DNA of 64,000 bases from Eledone cirrhosa (Eukaryota): NCBI GenBank assembly GCA_964016885.1, contig OZ024740.1, positions 138,384,001-138,448,000 of the forward strand, given 5' to 3'. Made by a program: the position numbers and the translations under genes. Positions 52,501 through 64,000 of this stretch are shown in pieces (position 1 is the stretch's first letter; the number at the start of each line of letters is the position of its first letter). Below the pieces are notes generated by a model. The model was not told the origin of the DNA and ran no database searches. It saw only the letters and a program-made list of their open reading frames with translations.

Positions 52501-55500
52501 AATCTCCAATTCTCTCAGTTTCTTATCACTTTTCTCTCAATCTCCAATTCTCTCTTTCTCTTGTCACTTTTCTCTCAATCTCCAATTCTCTCTTTCTCTT
52601 ATCACTTTTCTCTCAATCTCCAATTCTCTCTTTCTCTCATCACTTTTCTCTCAATCTCCAATTCTCTCTTTCTCTTATCACTTTTCTCTCAATCTCCAAT
52701 TCTCTCTTTCTCTTATCACTTTTCTCTCAATCTCCAATTCTCTCTTTCTCTTATCACTTTTCCCCCAATCTCCAATTCTCTCTCTCTCTTATCACTTTTC
52801 CCCCAATCTCCAATTCTCTCATTCTCTTATCACTTTTCTCTCAATCTCCAATTCTCTCTTTCTCTCATCACTTTTCACTCAATCTCCAATTCTCTCTTTC
52901 TCTTATCACTTTTCTCTCAATCTCCAATTCTCTCATTCTCTTATCACTTTTCTCTCAATCTCCAATTCTCTCTTTCTCTTATCATTTTCCCCCCAATCTC
53001 CAATTCTCTCTCTCTCTTATCACTTTTCCCCCAATATCCAATTCTCTCTTTCTCTTATCACTTTTCTCTCAATCTCCAATTCTCTCTTTCTCTTATCACT
53101 TTTCCCCCAAACTCCAATTCTCTCTCTCTCTTATCACTTTTCCCCCAATCTCCAATTCTCTCTTTCTCTTATCACTTTTCTCTCAATCTCCAATTCTCTC
53201 TTTCTCTTATCACTTTTCTCTCAATCTCCAATTCTCTCTTTCTCTTATCACTTTTCTCTCAATCTCCAATTCTCTCTCTCTCTTATCACTTTACTCTCAA
53301 TCTCCAATTCTCTCTCTTATCACTTTTCCCCCAATCTCCAATTCTCTCTCTCTCTTATCACTTTTCCCCCAAACTCCAATTCTCTCTTTCTCTTATCACT
53401 TTTCTCTTAATCTCCAAATCTTTCTTTCTCTTATCACTTTTCCCCCAATCTCCAATTCTCTCTTTCTCTTATCACTTTTCCCTCAATCTCCAATTCTCTC
53501 TTTCTCTTATCACTTTTCTCTCAATCTCCAATTCTCTCTTTCTCTTATCACTTTTCTCTCAATCTCCAATTCTCTCTTTCTCTTATCACTTTTCTCTCAA
53601 TCTCCAATTCTCTCTGTTTCTTATCACTTTTCTCTCAATCTCCAATTCTCTCTTTCTCTTATCACTTTTCTCTCAATCTCCAATTCTCTCTCTCTCTTAT
53701 CACTTTTCCCCCAATCTCCAATTCTCTCTCTCTCTTATCACTTTTCTCTCAATCTCCAATTCTCTCTTTCTCTTATCACTTTTCTCTCAATCTCCAATTC
53801 TCTCTTTCTCTTATCACTTTTCTCTCAATCTCCAATTCTCTCTGTTTCTTATCACTTTTCTCTCAATCTCCAATTCTCTCTTTCTCTTGTCACTTTTCTC
53901 TCAATCTCCAATTCTCTCTTTCTCTTATCACTTTTCTCTCAATCTCCAATTCTCTCTTTCTCTTATCACTTTTCTCTCAATCTCCAATTCTCTCTTTCTC
54001 TTATCACTTTTCTCTCAATCTCCAATTCTCTCTTTCTCTTATCACTTTTCTCTCAATCTCCAATTCTCTCTTTCTCTTATCACTTTTCCCCCAATCTCCA
54101 ATTCTCTCTCTCTCTTATCACTTTTCACCCAATCTCCAATTCTCTCATTCTCTTATCACTTTTCTCTCAATCTCGAATTCTCTCTTTCTCTTATCACTTT
54201 TCTCTCAATCTCCAATTCTCTCTTTCTCTTATCACTTTTCTCTCAATCTCCAATTCTCTCTTTCTCTTATCACTTTTCTCTCAATCTCCAATTCTCTCTT
54301 TCTCTTATCATTTTCCCCCCAATCTCCAATTCTCTCTCTCACTTATCACTTTTCCCCCAATATCCAATTCTCTCTTTCTCTTATCACTTTTCTCTCAATC
54401 TCCAATTCTCTCTTTCTCTTATCACTTTTCCCCCAAACTCCAATTCTCTCTCTCTCTTATCACTTTTCCCCCAATCTCCAATTCTCTCTTTCTCTTATAA
54501 CTTTTCTCTCAATCTCCAATTCTCTCTTTCTCTTATCACTTTTCTCTCAATCTCCAATTCTCTCTTTCTCTTATCACTTTTCTCTCAATCTCCAATTCTC
54601 TCTCTCTCTTATCACTTTACTCTCAATCTCCAATTCTCTCTGTTTCTTATCACTTTTCTCTCAATCTCCAATTCTCTCTTTCTCTTATCACTTTTCTCTC
54701 AATCTCCAATTCTCTCTTTCTCTTATCACTTTTCTCTCAATCTCCAATTCTCTCTCTCTCTTATCACTTTTCCCCCAATCTCCAATTCTCTCTCTCTCTT
54801 ATCACTTTTCTCTCAATCTCCAATTCTCTCTTTCTCTTATCACTTTTCTCTCAATCTCCAATTCTCACTTTCTCTTATCACTTTTCTCTCAATCTCCAAT
54901 TCTCTCAGTTTCTTATCACTTTTCTCTCAATCTCCAATTCTCTCTTTCTCTTGTCACTTTTCTCTCAATCTCCAATTCTCTCTTTCTCTTATCACTTTTC
55001 TCTCAATCTCCAATTCTCTCTTTCTCTTATCACTTTTCTCTCAATCTCCAATTCTCTCTTTCTCTTATCACTTTTCTCTCAATCTCCAATTCTCTCTTTC
55101 TCTTATCACTTTTCTCTCAATCTCCAATTCTCTCTTTCTCTTATCACTTTTCCCCCAATCTCCAATTCTCTCTCTCTCTTATCACTTTTCCCCCAATCTC
55201 CAATTCTCTCATTCTCTTATCACTTTTCTCTCAATCTCCAATTCTCTCTTTCTCTTATCACTTTTCACTCAATCTCCAATTCTCTCTTTCTCTTATCACT
55301 TTTCTCTCAATCTCCAATTCTCTCTTTCTCTTATCACTTTTCTCTCAATCTCCAATTCTCTCTTTCTCTTATCATTTTCCCCCCAATCTCCAATTCTCTC
55401 TCTCTCTTATCACTTTTCCCCCAATATCCAATTCTCTCTTTCTCTTATCACTTTTCTCTCAATCTCCAATTCTCTCTTTCTCTTATCACTTTTCTCTCAA

Positions 55501-58500
55501 TCTGCAATTCTCTCTTTCTCTTATCACTTTTCCCCCAAACTCCAATTCTCTCTCTCTCTTATCACTTTTCCCCCAATCTCCAATTCTCTCTTTCTCTTAT
55601 CACTTTTCTCTCAATCTCCAATTCTCTCTTTCTCTTATCACTTTTCTCTCAATCTCCAATTCTCTCTTTCTCTTATCACTTTTCTCTCAATCTCCAATTC
55701 TCTCTCTCTCTTATCACTTTACTCTCAATCTCCAATTCTCTCTCTCTCTTATCACTTTTCCCCCAATCTCCAATTCTCTCTCTCTCTTATCACTTTTCCC
55801 CCAAACTCCAATTCTCTCTTTCTCTTATCACTTTTCTCTTAATCTCCAAATCTTTCTTTCTCTTATCACTTTTCCCCCAATCTCCAATTCTCTCTTTCTC
55901 TTATCACTTTTCCCTCAATCTCCAATTCTCTCTTTCTCTTATCACTTTTCTCTCAATCTCCAATTCTCTCTTTCTCTTATCACTTTTCTCTCAATCTCCA
56001 ATTCTCTCTTTCTCTTATCACTTTTCTCTCAATCTCCAATTCTCTCTGTTTCTTATCACTTTTCCCCCAAACTCCAATTCTCTCTTTCTCTTATCACTTT
56101 TCTCTTAATCTCCAAATCTTTCTTTCTCTTATCACTTTTCCCCCAATCTCCAATTCTCTCTTTCTCTTATCACTTTTCTCTCAATCTCCAATCCTCTCTT
56201 TCTCTTATCACTTTTCTCTCAATCTCCAATTCTCTCTCTCTCTTATCACTTTTCCCCCAATCTCCAATTCTCTCTCTCTCTTATCACTTTTCTCTCAATC
56301 TCCAATTCTCTCTTTCTCTTATCACTTTTCTCTCAATCTCCAATTCTCTCTTTCTCTTATCACTTTTCTCTCAATCTCCAATTCTCTCTGTTTCTTATCA
56401 CTTTTCTCTCAATCTCCAATTCTCTCTTTCTCTTGTCACTTTTCTCTCAATCTCCAATTCTCTCTTTCTCTTATCACTTTTCTCTCAATCTCCAATTCTC
56501 TCTTTCTCTTATCACTTTTCTCTCAATCTCCAATTCTCTCTTTCTCTTATCACTTTTCTCTCAATCTCCAATTCTCTCTTTCTCTTATCACTTTTCTCTC
56601 AATCTCCAATTCTCTCTTTCTCTTATCACTTTTCCCCCAATCTCCAATTCTCTCTCTCTCTTATCACTTTTCACCCAATCTCCAATTCTCTCATTCTCTT
56701 ATCACTTTTCTCTCAATCTCGAATTCTCTCTTTCTCTTATCACTTTTCTCTCAATCTCCAATTCTCTCTTTCTCTTATCACTTTTCTCTCAATCTCCAAT
56801 TCTCTCTTTCTCTTATCACTTTTCTCTCAATCTCCAATTCTCTCTTTCTCTTATCATTTTCCCCCCAATCTCCAATTCTCTCTCTCACTTATCACTTTTC
56901 CCCCAATATCCAATTCTCTCTTTCTCTTATCACTTTTCTCTCAATCTCCAATTCTCTCTTTCTCTTATCACTTTTCCCCCAAACTCCAATTCTCTCTCTC
57001 TCTTATCACTTTTCCCCCAATCTCCAATTCTCTCTTTCTCTTATCACTTTTCTCTCAATCTCCAATTCTCTCTTTCTCTTATCACTTTTCTCTCAATCTC
57101 CAATTCTCTCTTTCTCTTATCACTTTTCTCTCAATCTCCAATTCTCTCTCTCTCTTATCACTTTACTCTCAATCTCCAATTCTCTCTGTTTCTTATCACT
57201 TTTCTCTCAATCTCCAATTCTCTCTTTCTCTTATCACTTTTCTCTCAATCTCCAATTCTCTCTTTCTCTTATCACTTTTCTCTCAATCTCCAATTCTCTC
57301 TCTCTCTTATCACTTTTCCCCCAATCTCCAATTCTCTCTCTCTCTTATCACTTTTCTCTCAATCTCCAATTCTCTCTTTCTCTTATCACTTTTCTCTCAA
57401 TCTCCAATTCTCACTTTCTCTTATCACTTTTCTCTCAATCTCCAATTCTCTCAGTTTCTTATCACTTTTCTCTCAATCTCCAATTCTCTCTTTCTCTTAT
57501 CACTTTTCTCTCAATCTCCAATTCTCTCTTTCTCTTATCACTTTTCTCTCAATCTCCAATTCTCTCTTTCTCTTATCACTTTTCTCTCAATCTCCAATTC
57601 TCTCTTTCTCTTATCACTTTTCTCTCAATCTCCAATTCTCTCTTTCTCTTATCACTTTTCCCCCAATCTCCAATTCTCTCTCTCTCTTATCACTTTTCCC
57701 CCAATCTCCAATTCTCTCATTCTCTTATCACTTTTCTCTCAATCTCCAATTCTCTCTTTCTCTTATCACTTTTCACTCAATCTCCAATTCTCTCTTTCTC
57801 TTATCACTTTTCTCTCAATCTCCAATTCTCTCTTTCTCTTATCACTTTTCTCTCAATCTCCAATTCTCTCTTTCTCTTATCATTTTCCCCCCAATCTCCA
57901 ATTCTCTCTCTCTCTTATCACTTTTCCCCCAATATCCAATTCTCTCTTTCTCTTATCACTTTTCTCTCAATCTCCATTTCTCTCTTTCTCTTATCACTTT
58001 TCCCCCAAACTCCAATTCTCTCTCTCTCTTATCACTTTTCCCCCAATCTCCAATTCTCTCTTTCTCTTATCACTTTTCTCTCAATCTCCAATTCTCTCTT
58101 TCTCTTATCACTTTTCTCTCAATCTCCAATTCTCTCTTTCTCTTATCACTTTTCTCTCAATCTCCAATTCTCTCTCTCTCTTATCACTTTACTCTCAATC
58201 TCCAATTCTCTCTCTCTCTTATCACTTTTCCCCCAATCTCCAATTCTCTCTCTCTCTTATCACTTTTCCCCCAAACTCCAATTCTCTCTTTCTCTTATCA
58301 CTTTTCTCTTAATCTCCAAATCTTTCTTTCTCTTATCACTTTTCCCCCAATCTCCAATTCTCTCTTTCTCTTATCACTTTTCCCTCAATCTCCAATTCTC
58401 TCTTTCTCTTATCACTTTTCTCTCAATCTCCAATTCTCTCTTTCTCTTATCACTTTTCTCTCAATCTCCAATTCTCTCTTTCTCTTATCACTTTTCTCTC

Positions 58501-61500
58501 AATCTCCAATTCTCTCTTTCTCTTATCACTTTTCTCTCAATATCCAATTCTCTCTCTCTCTTATCACTTTTCTCTCAATCTCCAATTCTCTCTCTCTCTT
58601 ATCACTTTTCCCCCAATCTCCAATTCTCTCTCTCTCTTATCACTTTTCCCCCAATCTCCAATTCTCTCTTTCTCTTATCACTTTTCTCTCAATCTCCAAT
58701 TCTCTCTCTCTCTTATCACTTTTCCCCCAATCTCCAATTCTCTCTTTCTCTTATCACTTTTCTCTCAATCTCCAATTCTCTCTCTCTCTCTTATCACTTT
58801 TCCCCCAATCTCCAATTCTCTCTTTCTCTCATCACTTTTCTCTCAATCTCCAATTCTCTCTTTCTCTTATCACTTTTCTCTCAATCTCCAATTCTCACTG
58901 TTTCTTATCACTTTTCTCTCAATCTCCAATTCTCTCTTTCTCTTATCACTTTTCTCTCAATCTCCAATTCTCTCTTTCTCTTATCACTTTTCTCTCAATC
59001 TCCAATTCTCTCTCTCTCTTATCACTTTTCCCCCAATCTCCAATTCTCTCTCTCTCTTATCACTTTTCTCTCAATCTCCAATTCTCTCTTTCTCTTATCA
59101 CTTTTCTCTCAATCTCCAATTCTCACTTTCTCTTATCACTTTTCTCTCAATCTCCAATTCTCTCAGTTTCTTATCACTTTTCTCTCAATCTCCAATTCTC
59201 TCTTTCTCTTGTCACTTTTCTCTCAATCTCCAATTCTCTCTTTCTCTTATCACTTTTCTCTCAATCTCCAATTCTCTCTTTCTCTTATCACTTTTCTCTC
59301 AATCTCCAATTCTCTCTTTCTCTTATCACTTTTCTCTCAATCTCCAATTCTCTCTTTCTCTTATCACTTTTCTCTCAATCTCCAATTCTCTCTTTCTCTT
59401 ATCACTTTTCCCCCAATCTCCAATTCTCTCTCTCTCTTATCACTTTTCCCCCAATCTCCAATTCTCTCATTCTCTTATCACTTTTCTCTCAATCTCCAAT
59501 TCTCTCTTTCTCTTATCACTTTTCACTCAATCTCCAATTCTCTCTTTCTCTTATCACTTTTCTCTCAATCCCCAATTCTCTCTTTCTCTTATCACTTTTC
59601 TCTCAATCTCCAATTCTCTCTTTCTCTTATCATTTTCCCCCCAATCTCCAATTCTCTCTCTCTCTTATCACTTTTCCCCCAATATCCAATTCTCTCTTTC
59701 TCTTATCACTTTTCTCTCAATCTCCAATTCTCTCTTTCTCTTATCACTTTTCCCCCAAACTCCAATTCTCTCTCTCTCTTATCACTTTTCCCCCAATCTC
59801 CAATTCTCTCTTTCTCTTATCACTTTTCTCTCAATCTCCAATTCTCTCTTTCTCTTATCACTTTTCTCTCAATCTCCAATTCTCTCTTTCTCTTATCACT
59901 TTTCTCTCAATCTCCAATTCTCTCTCTCTCTTATCACTTTACTCTCAATCTCCAATTCTCTCTCTCTCTTATCACTTTTCCCCCAATCTCCAATTCTCTC
60001 TCTCTCTTATCACTTTTCCCCCAAACTCCAATTCTCTCTTTCTCTTATCACTTTTCTCTTAATCTCCAAATCTTTCTTTCTCTTATCACTTTTCCCCCAA
60101 TCTCCAATTCTCTCTTTCTCTTATCACTTTTCCCTCAATCTCCAATTCTCTCTTTCTCTTATCACTTTTCTCTCAATCTCCAATTCTCTCTTTCTCTTAT
60201 CACTTTTCTCTCAATCTCCAATTCTCTCTTTCTCTTATCACTTTTCTCTCAATCTCCAATTCTCTCTTTCTCTTATCACTTTTCTCTCAATATCCAATTC
60301 TCTCTCTCTCTTATCACTTTTCTCTCAATCTCCAATTCTCTCTCTCTCTTATCACTTTTCCCCCAATCTCCAATTCTCTCTCTCTCTTATCACTTTTCCC
60401 CCAATCTCCAATTCTCTCTTTCTCTTATCACTTTTCTCTCAATCTCCAATTCTCTCTCTCTCTTATCACTTTTCCCCCAATCTCCAATTCTCTCTTTCTC
60501 TTATCACTTTTCTCTCAATCTCCAATTCTCTCTCTCTCTCTTATCACTTTTCCCCCAATCTCCAATTCTCTCTTTCTCTCATCACTTTTCTCTCAATCTC
60601 CAATTCTCTCTTTCTCTTATCACTTTTCTCTCAATCTCCAATTCTCACTGTTTCTTATCACTTTTCTCTCAATCTCCAATTCTCTCTTTCTCTTATCACT
60701 TTTCTCTCAATCTCCAATTCTCTCTTTCTCTTATCACTTTTCTCTCAATCTCCAATTCTCTCTCTCTCTTATCACTTTTCCCCCAATCTCCAATTCTCTC
60801 TCTCTCTTATCACTTTTCTCTCAATCTCCAATTCTCTCTTTCTCTTATCACTTTTCTCTCAATCTCCAATTCTCTCTTTCTCTTATCACTTTTCTCTCAA
60901 TCTCCAATTCTCTCTGTTTCTTATCACTTTTCTCTCAATCTCCAATTCTCTCTTTCTCTTATCACTTTTCTCTCAATCTCCAATTCTCTCTTTCTCTTAT
61001 CACTATTCTCTCAATCTCCAATTCTCTCTTTCTCTTATCACTTTTCTCTCAATCTCCAATTCTCTCTTTCTCTTATCACTTTTCTCTCAATCTCCAATTC
61101 TCTCTTTCTCTTATCACTATTCTCTCAATCTCCAATTCTCTCTTTCTCTTATCACTTTTCTCTCAATCTCCAATTCTCTCTTTCTCTTATCACTTTTCTC
61201 TCAATCTCCAATTCTCTCTTTCTCTTATCACTTTTCCCCCAATCTCCAATTCTCTCTCTCTCTTATCACTTTTCCCCCAATCTCCAATTCTCTCATTCTC
61301 TTATTATTTTCCCCCCAATCTCCAATTCTCTCTCTCTCTTATCACTTTTCCCCCAATCTCCAATTCTCTCTTTCTCTTATCACTTTTCTCTCAATCTCCA
61401 ATTCTCTCTTTCTCTTATCACTTTTCTCTCAATCTCCAATTCTCTCTTTCTCTTATCACTTTTCTCTCAATCTCCAATTCTCTCTTTCTCTTATCACTTT

Positions 61501-64000
61501 TCCCCAATCTCCAATTCTCTCTCTCTCTTATCACTTTTCCCCCAATCTCCAATTCTCTCATTCTCTTATCACTTTTCTCTCACTCTCCAATTCTCTCTTT
61601 CTCTTATCACTTTTCTCTCAATCTCCAATTCTCTCTTTCTCTTATCACTTTTCTCTCAATCTCCAATTCTCTCTTTCTCTTATCACTTTTCTCTCAATCT
61701 CCAATTCTCTCTTTCTCTTAGCATTTTCCCCCCAATCTCCAATTCTCTCTCTCTCTTATCACTTTTCCCCCAATCTCCAATTCTCTCTTTCTCTTATCAC
61801 TTTTCTCTCAATCTCCAATTCTCTCTTTCTCTTATCACTTTTCTCTCAATCTCCAATTCTCTCTTTCTCTTATCACTTTTCTCTCAATCTCCAATTCTCT
61901 CTTTCTCTTATCACTTTTCTCTCAATCTCCAATTCTCTCTCTCTCTTATCACTTTTCCCCCAATCTCCAATTCTCTCTCTCTCTTATCACTTTTCTCTCA
62001 ATCTCCAATTCTCTCTTTCTCTTATCACTTTTCTCTCAATCTCCAATTCTCTCTTTCTCTTATCACTTTTCTCTCAATCTCCAATTCTCTCTTTCTCTTA
62101 TCATTTTCCCCCCAATCTCCAATTCTCTCTCTCTCTTATCACTTTTCCCCCAATCTCCAATTCTCTCTTTCTCTTATCACTTTTCTCTCAATCTCCAATT
62201 CTCTCTTTCTCTTATCACTTTTCTCTCAATCTCCAATTCTCTCTTTCTCTTATCACTTTTCTCTCAATCTCCCATTCTCTCTTTCTCTTATCACTTTTCT
62301 CTCAATCTCCAATTCTCTCTTTCTCTTATCACTTTTCCCCCAATCTCCAATTCTCTCTCTCTCTTATCACTTTTCCCCCAATCTCCAATTCTCTCATTCT
62401 CTTATCACTTTTCTCTCACTCTCCAATTCTCTCTTTCTCTTATCACTTTTCTCTCAATCTCCAATTCTCTCTTTCTCTTATCACTTTTCTCTCAATCTCC
62501 AATTCTCTCTTTCTCTTATCATTTTCCCCCCAATCTCCAATTCTCTCTCTCTCTTATCACTTTTCCCCCAATCTCCAATACTCTCTTTCTCTTATCACTT
62601 TTCTCTCAATCTCCAATTCTCTCTTTCTCTTATCACTTTTCTCTCAATCTCCAATTCTCTCTTTCTCTTATCACTTTTCTCTCAATCTCCAATTCTCTCT
62701 TTCTCTTATCACTTTTCTCTCAATCTCCAATTCTCTCTCTCTCTTATCACTTTTCCTCCAATCTCCAATTCTCTCTCTCTGTTATCACTTTTCTCTCAAT
62801 CTCCAATTCTCTCTCTCTCTTATCACTTTTCCCCCAATCTCCAATTCTCTCTTTCTCTTATCACTTTTCTCTCAATCTCCAATTCTCTCTCTCTCTTATC
62901 ACTTTTCCCCCAATCTCCAATTCTCTCTCTCTCTTATCACTTTTCCCCCAATCTCCAATTCTCTCTTTCTCTTATCACTTTTCTCTCAATCTCCAAATCT
63001 CTCTTTCTCTTATCACTTTTCCCCCAATCTCCAATTCTCCCTTTCTCTTATCACTTTTCTCTCAATCTCCAATTCTCTCTTTCTCTTATCATTTTTCCCT
63101 CAATCTCCAATTCTCTCTTTCTCTTATCACTTTTCCCCCAATATCCAATTCTCTCTTTCTCTTATCACTTTTCTCTCAATCTCCAATTCTCTCTTTCTCT
63201 TATCACTTTTCCCCCAAACTCCAATTCTCTCTCTCTCTTATCACTTTTCCCCCAATCTCCAATTCTCTCTCTCTCTTATCACTTTTCTCTCAATCTCCAA
63301 TTCTCTCTTTCTCTTATCACTTTTCTCTCAATCTCCAATTCTCTCTTTCTCTTATCATTTTCCCCCCAATCTCCAATTCTCTCTCTCTCTTATCACTTTT
63401 CCCCCAATCTCCAATTCTCTCTTTCTCTTATCACTTTTCTCTCAATCTCCAATTCTCTCTTTCTCTTATCACTTTTCTCTCAATCTCCAATTCTCTCTTT
63501 CTCTTATCACTTTTCTCTCAATCTCCAATTCTCTCTTTCTCTTATCACTTTTCTCTCAATCTCCAATTCTCTTTTTCTCTTATCACTTTTCCCCCAATCT
63601 CCAATTCTCTCTCTCTCTTATCACTTTTCCCCCAATCTCCAATTCTCTCATTCTCTTATCACTTTTCTCTCACTCTCCAATTCTCTCTTTCTCTTATCAC
63701 TTTTCTCTCAATCTCCAATTCTCTCTTTCTCTTATCACTTTTCTCTCAATCTCCAATTCTCTCTTTCTCTTATCACTTTTCTCTCAATCTCCAATTCTCT
63801 CTCTCTCTTATCACTTTACTCTCAATCTCCAATTCTCTCTGTTTCTTATCACTTTTCTCTCAATCTCCAATTCTCTCTTTCTCTTATCACTTTTCTCTCA
63901 ATCTCCAATTCTCTCTCTCTCTTATCACTTTTCCCCCAATCTCCAATTCTCTCTCTCTCTTATCACTTTTCTCTCAATCTCCAATTCTCTCTTTCTCTTA
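46561..64000 (+). repeat. 38-bp tandem satellite array, right arm (about 460 monomers), same orientation, continuing beyond the window end
   Basis: The same monomer resumes in register at 46561 (CACTTTTCTCTCAATC...). It is enriched for TTTTCCCCCAA and CTCTCTCTCTC variants. Confidence 0.99.

Noticed and set aside
48533-60062. Very long ORFs (975-2,081 aa) of Leu/Ser/Phe-rich repeats
   Set aside because: The consensus top strand has no stop codon in any frame, and three 38-bp monomers give the same 38-aa repeat in all frames. The overlapping ORFs start at chance TTG/ATG variants, so there is no evidence of coding.
1-64000. Telomeric repeat, or satellite derived from the LTR element
   Set aside because: There are no TTAGG/TTAGGG-type units, and I see no copy of the 38-bp monomer inside the element beyond short AG-rich words.

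Overview
Eukaryotic (most likely invertebrate animal) heterochromatin-like DNA with no host genes. About 58.4 kb is one tandem satellite with a 38-bp, G-free, pyrimidine-rich monomer (consensus CAATCTCCAATTCTCTCTTTCTCTTATCACTTTTCTCT, roughly 1,540 copies, all in one orientation). It is interrupted once, at 40976-46560, by a full-length Ty3/Gypsy LTR retrotransposon with hallmarks of the CsRN1/Kabuki/Boudicca clade: CHCC Gag knuckle, tRNA-Trp-like PBS, PR-RT-RH-IN order, 246-bp LTRs about 98% identical and a probable 4-bp TSD. The element has a well-formed -1 gag/pol frameshift signal with a predicted pseudoknot, plus three apparent frame-disrupting indels. The satellite is organised into nested higher-order repeats whose variant vocabulary differs left and right of the element. 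The long Leu/Ser/Phe ORFs in the ORF track are artefacts of the stop-free satellite strand. All counts and alignments were done by eye.
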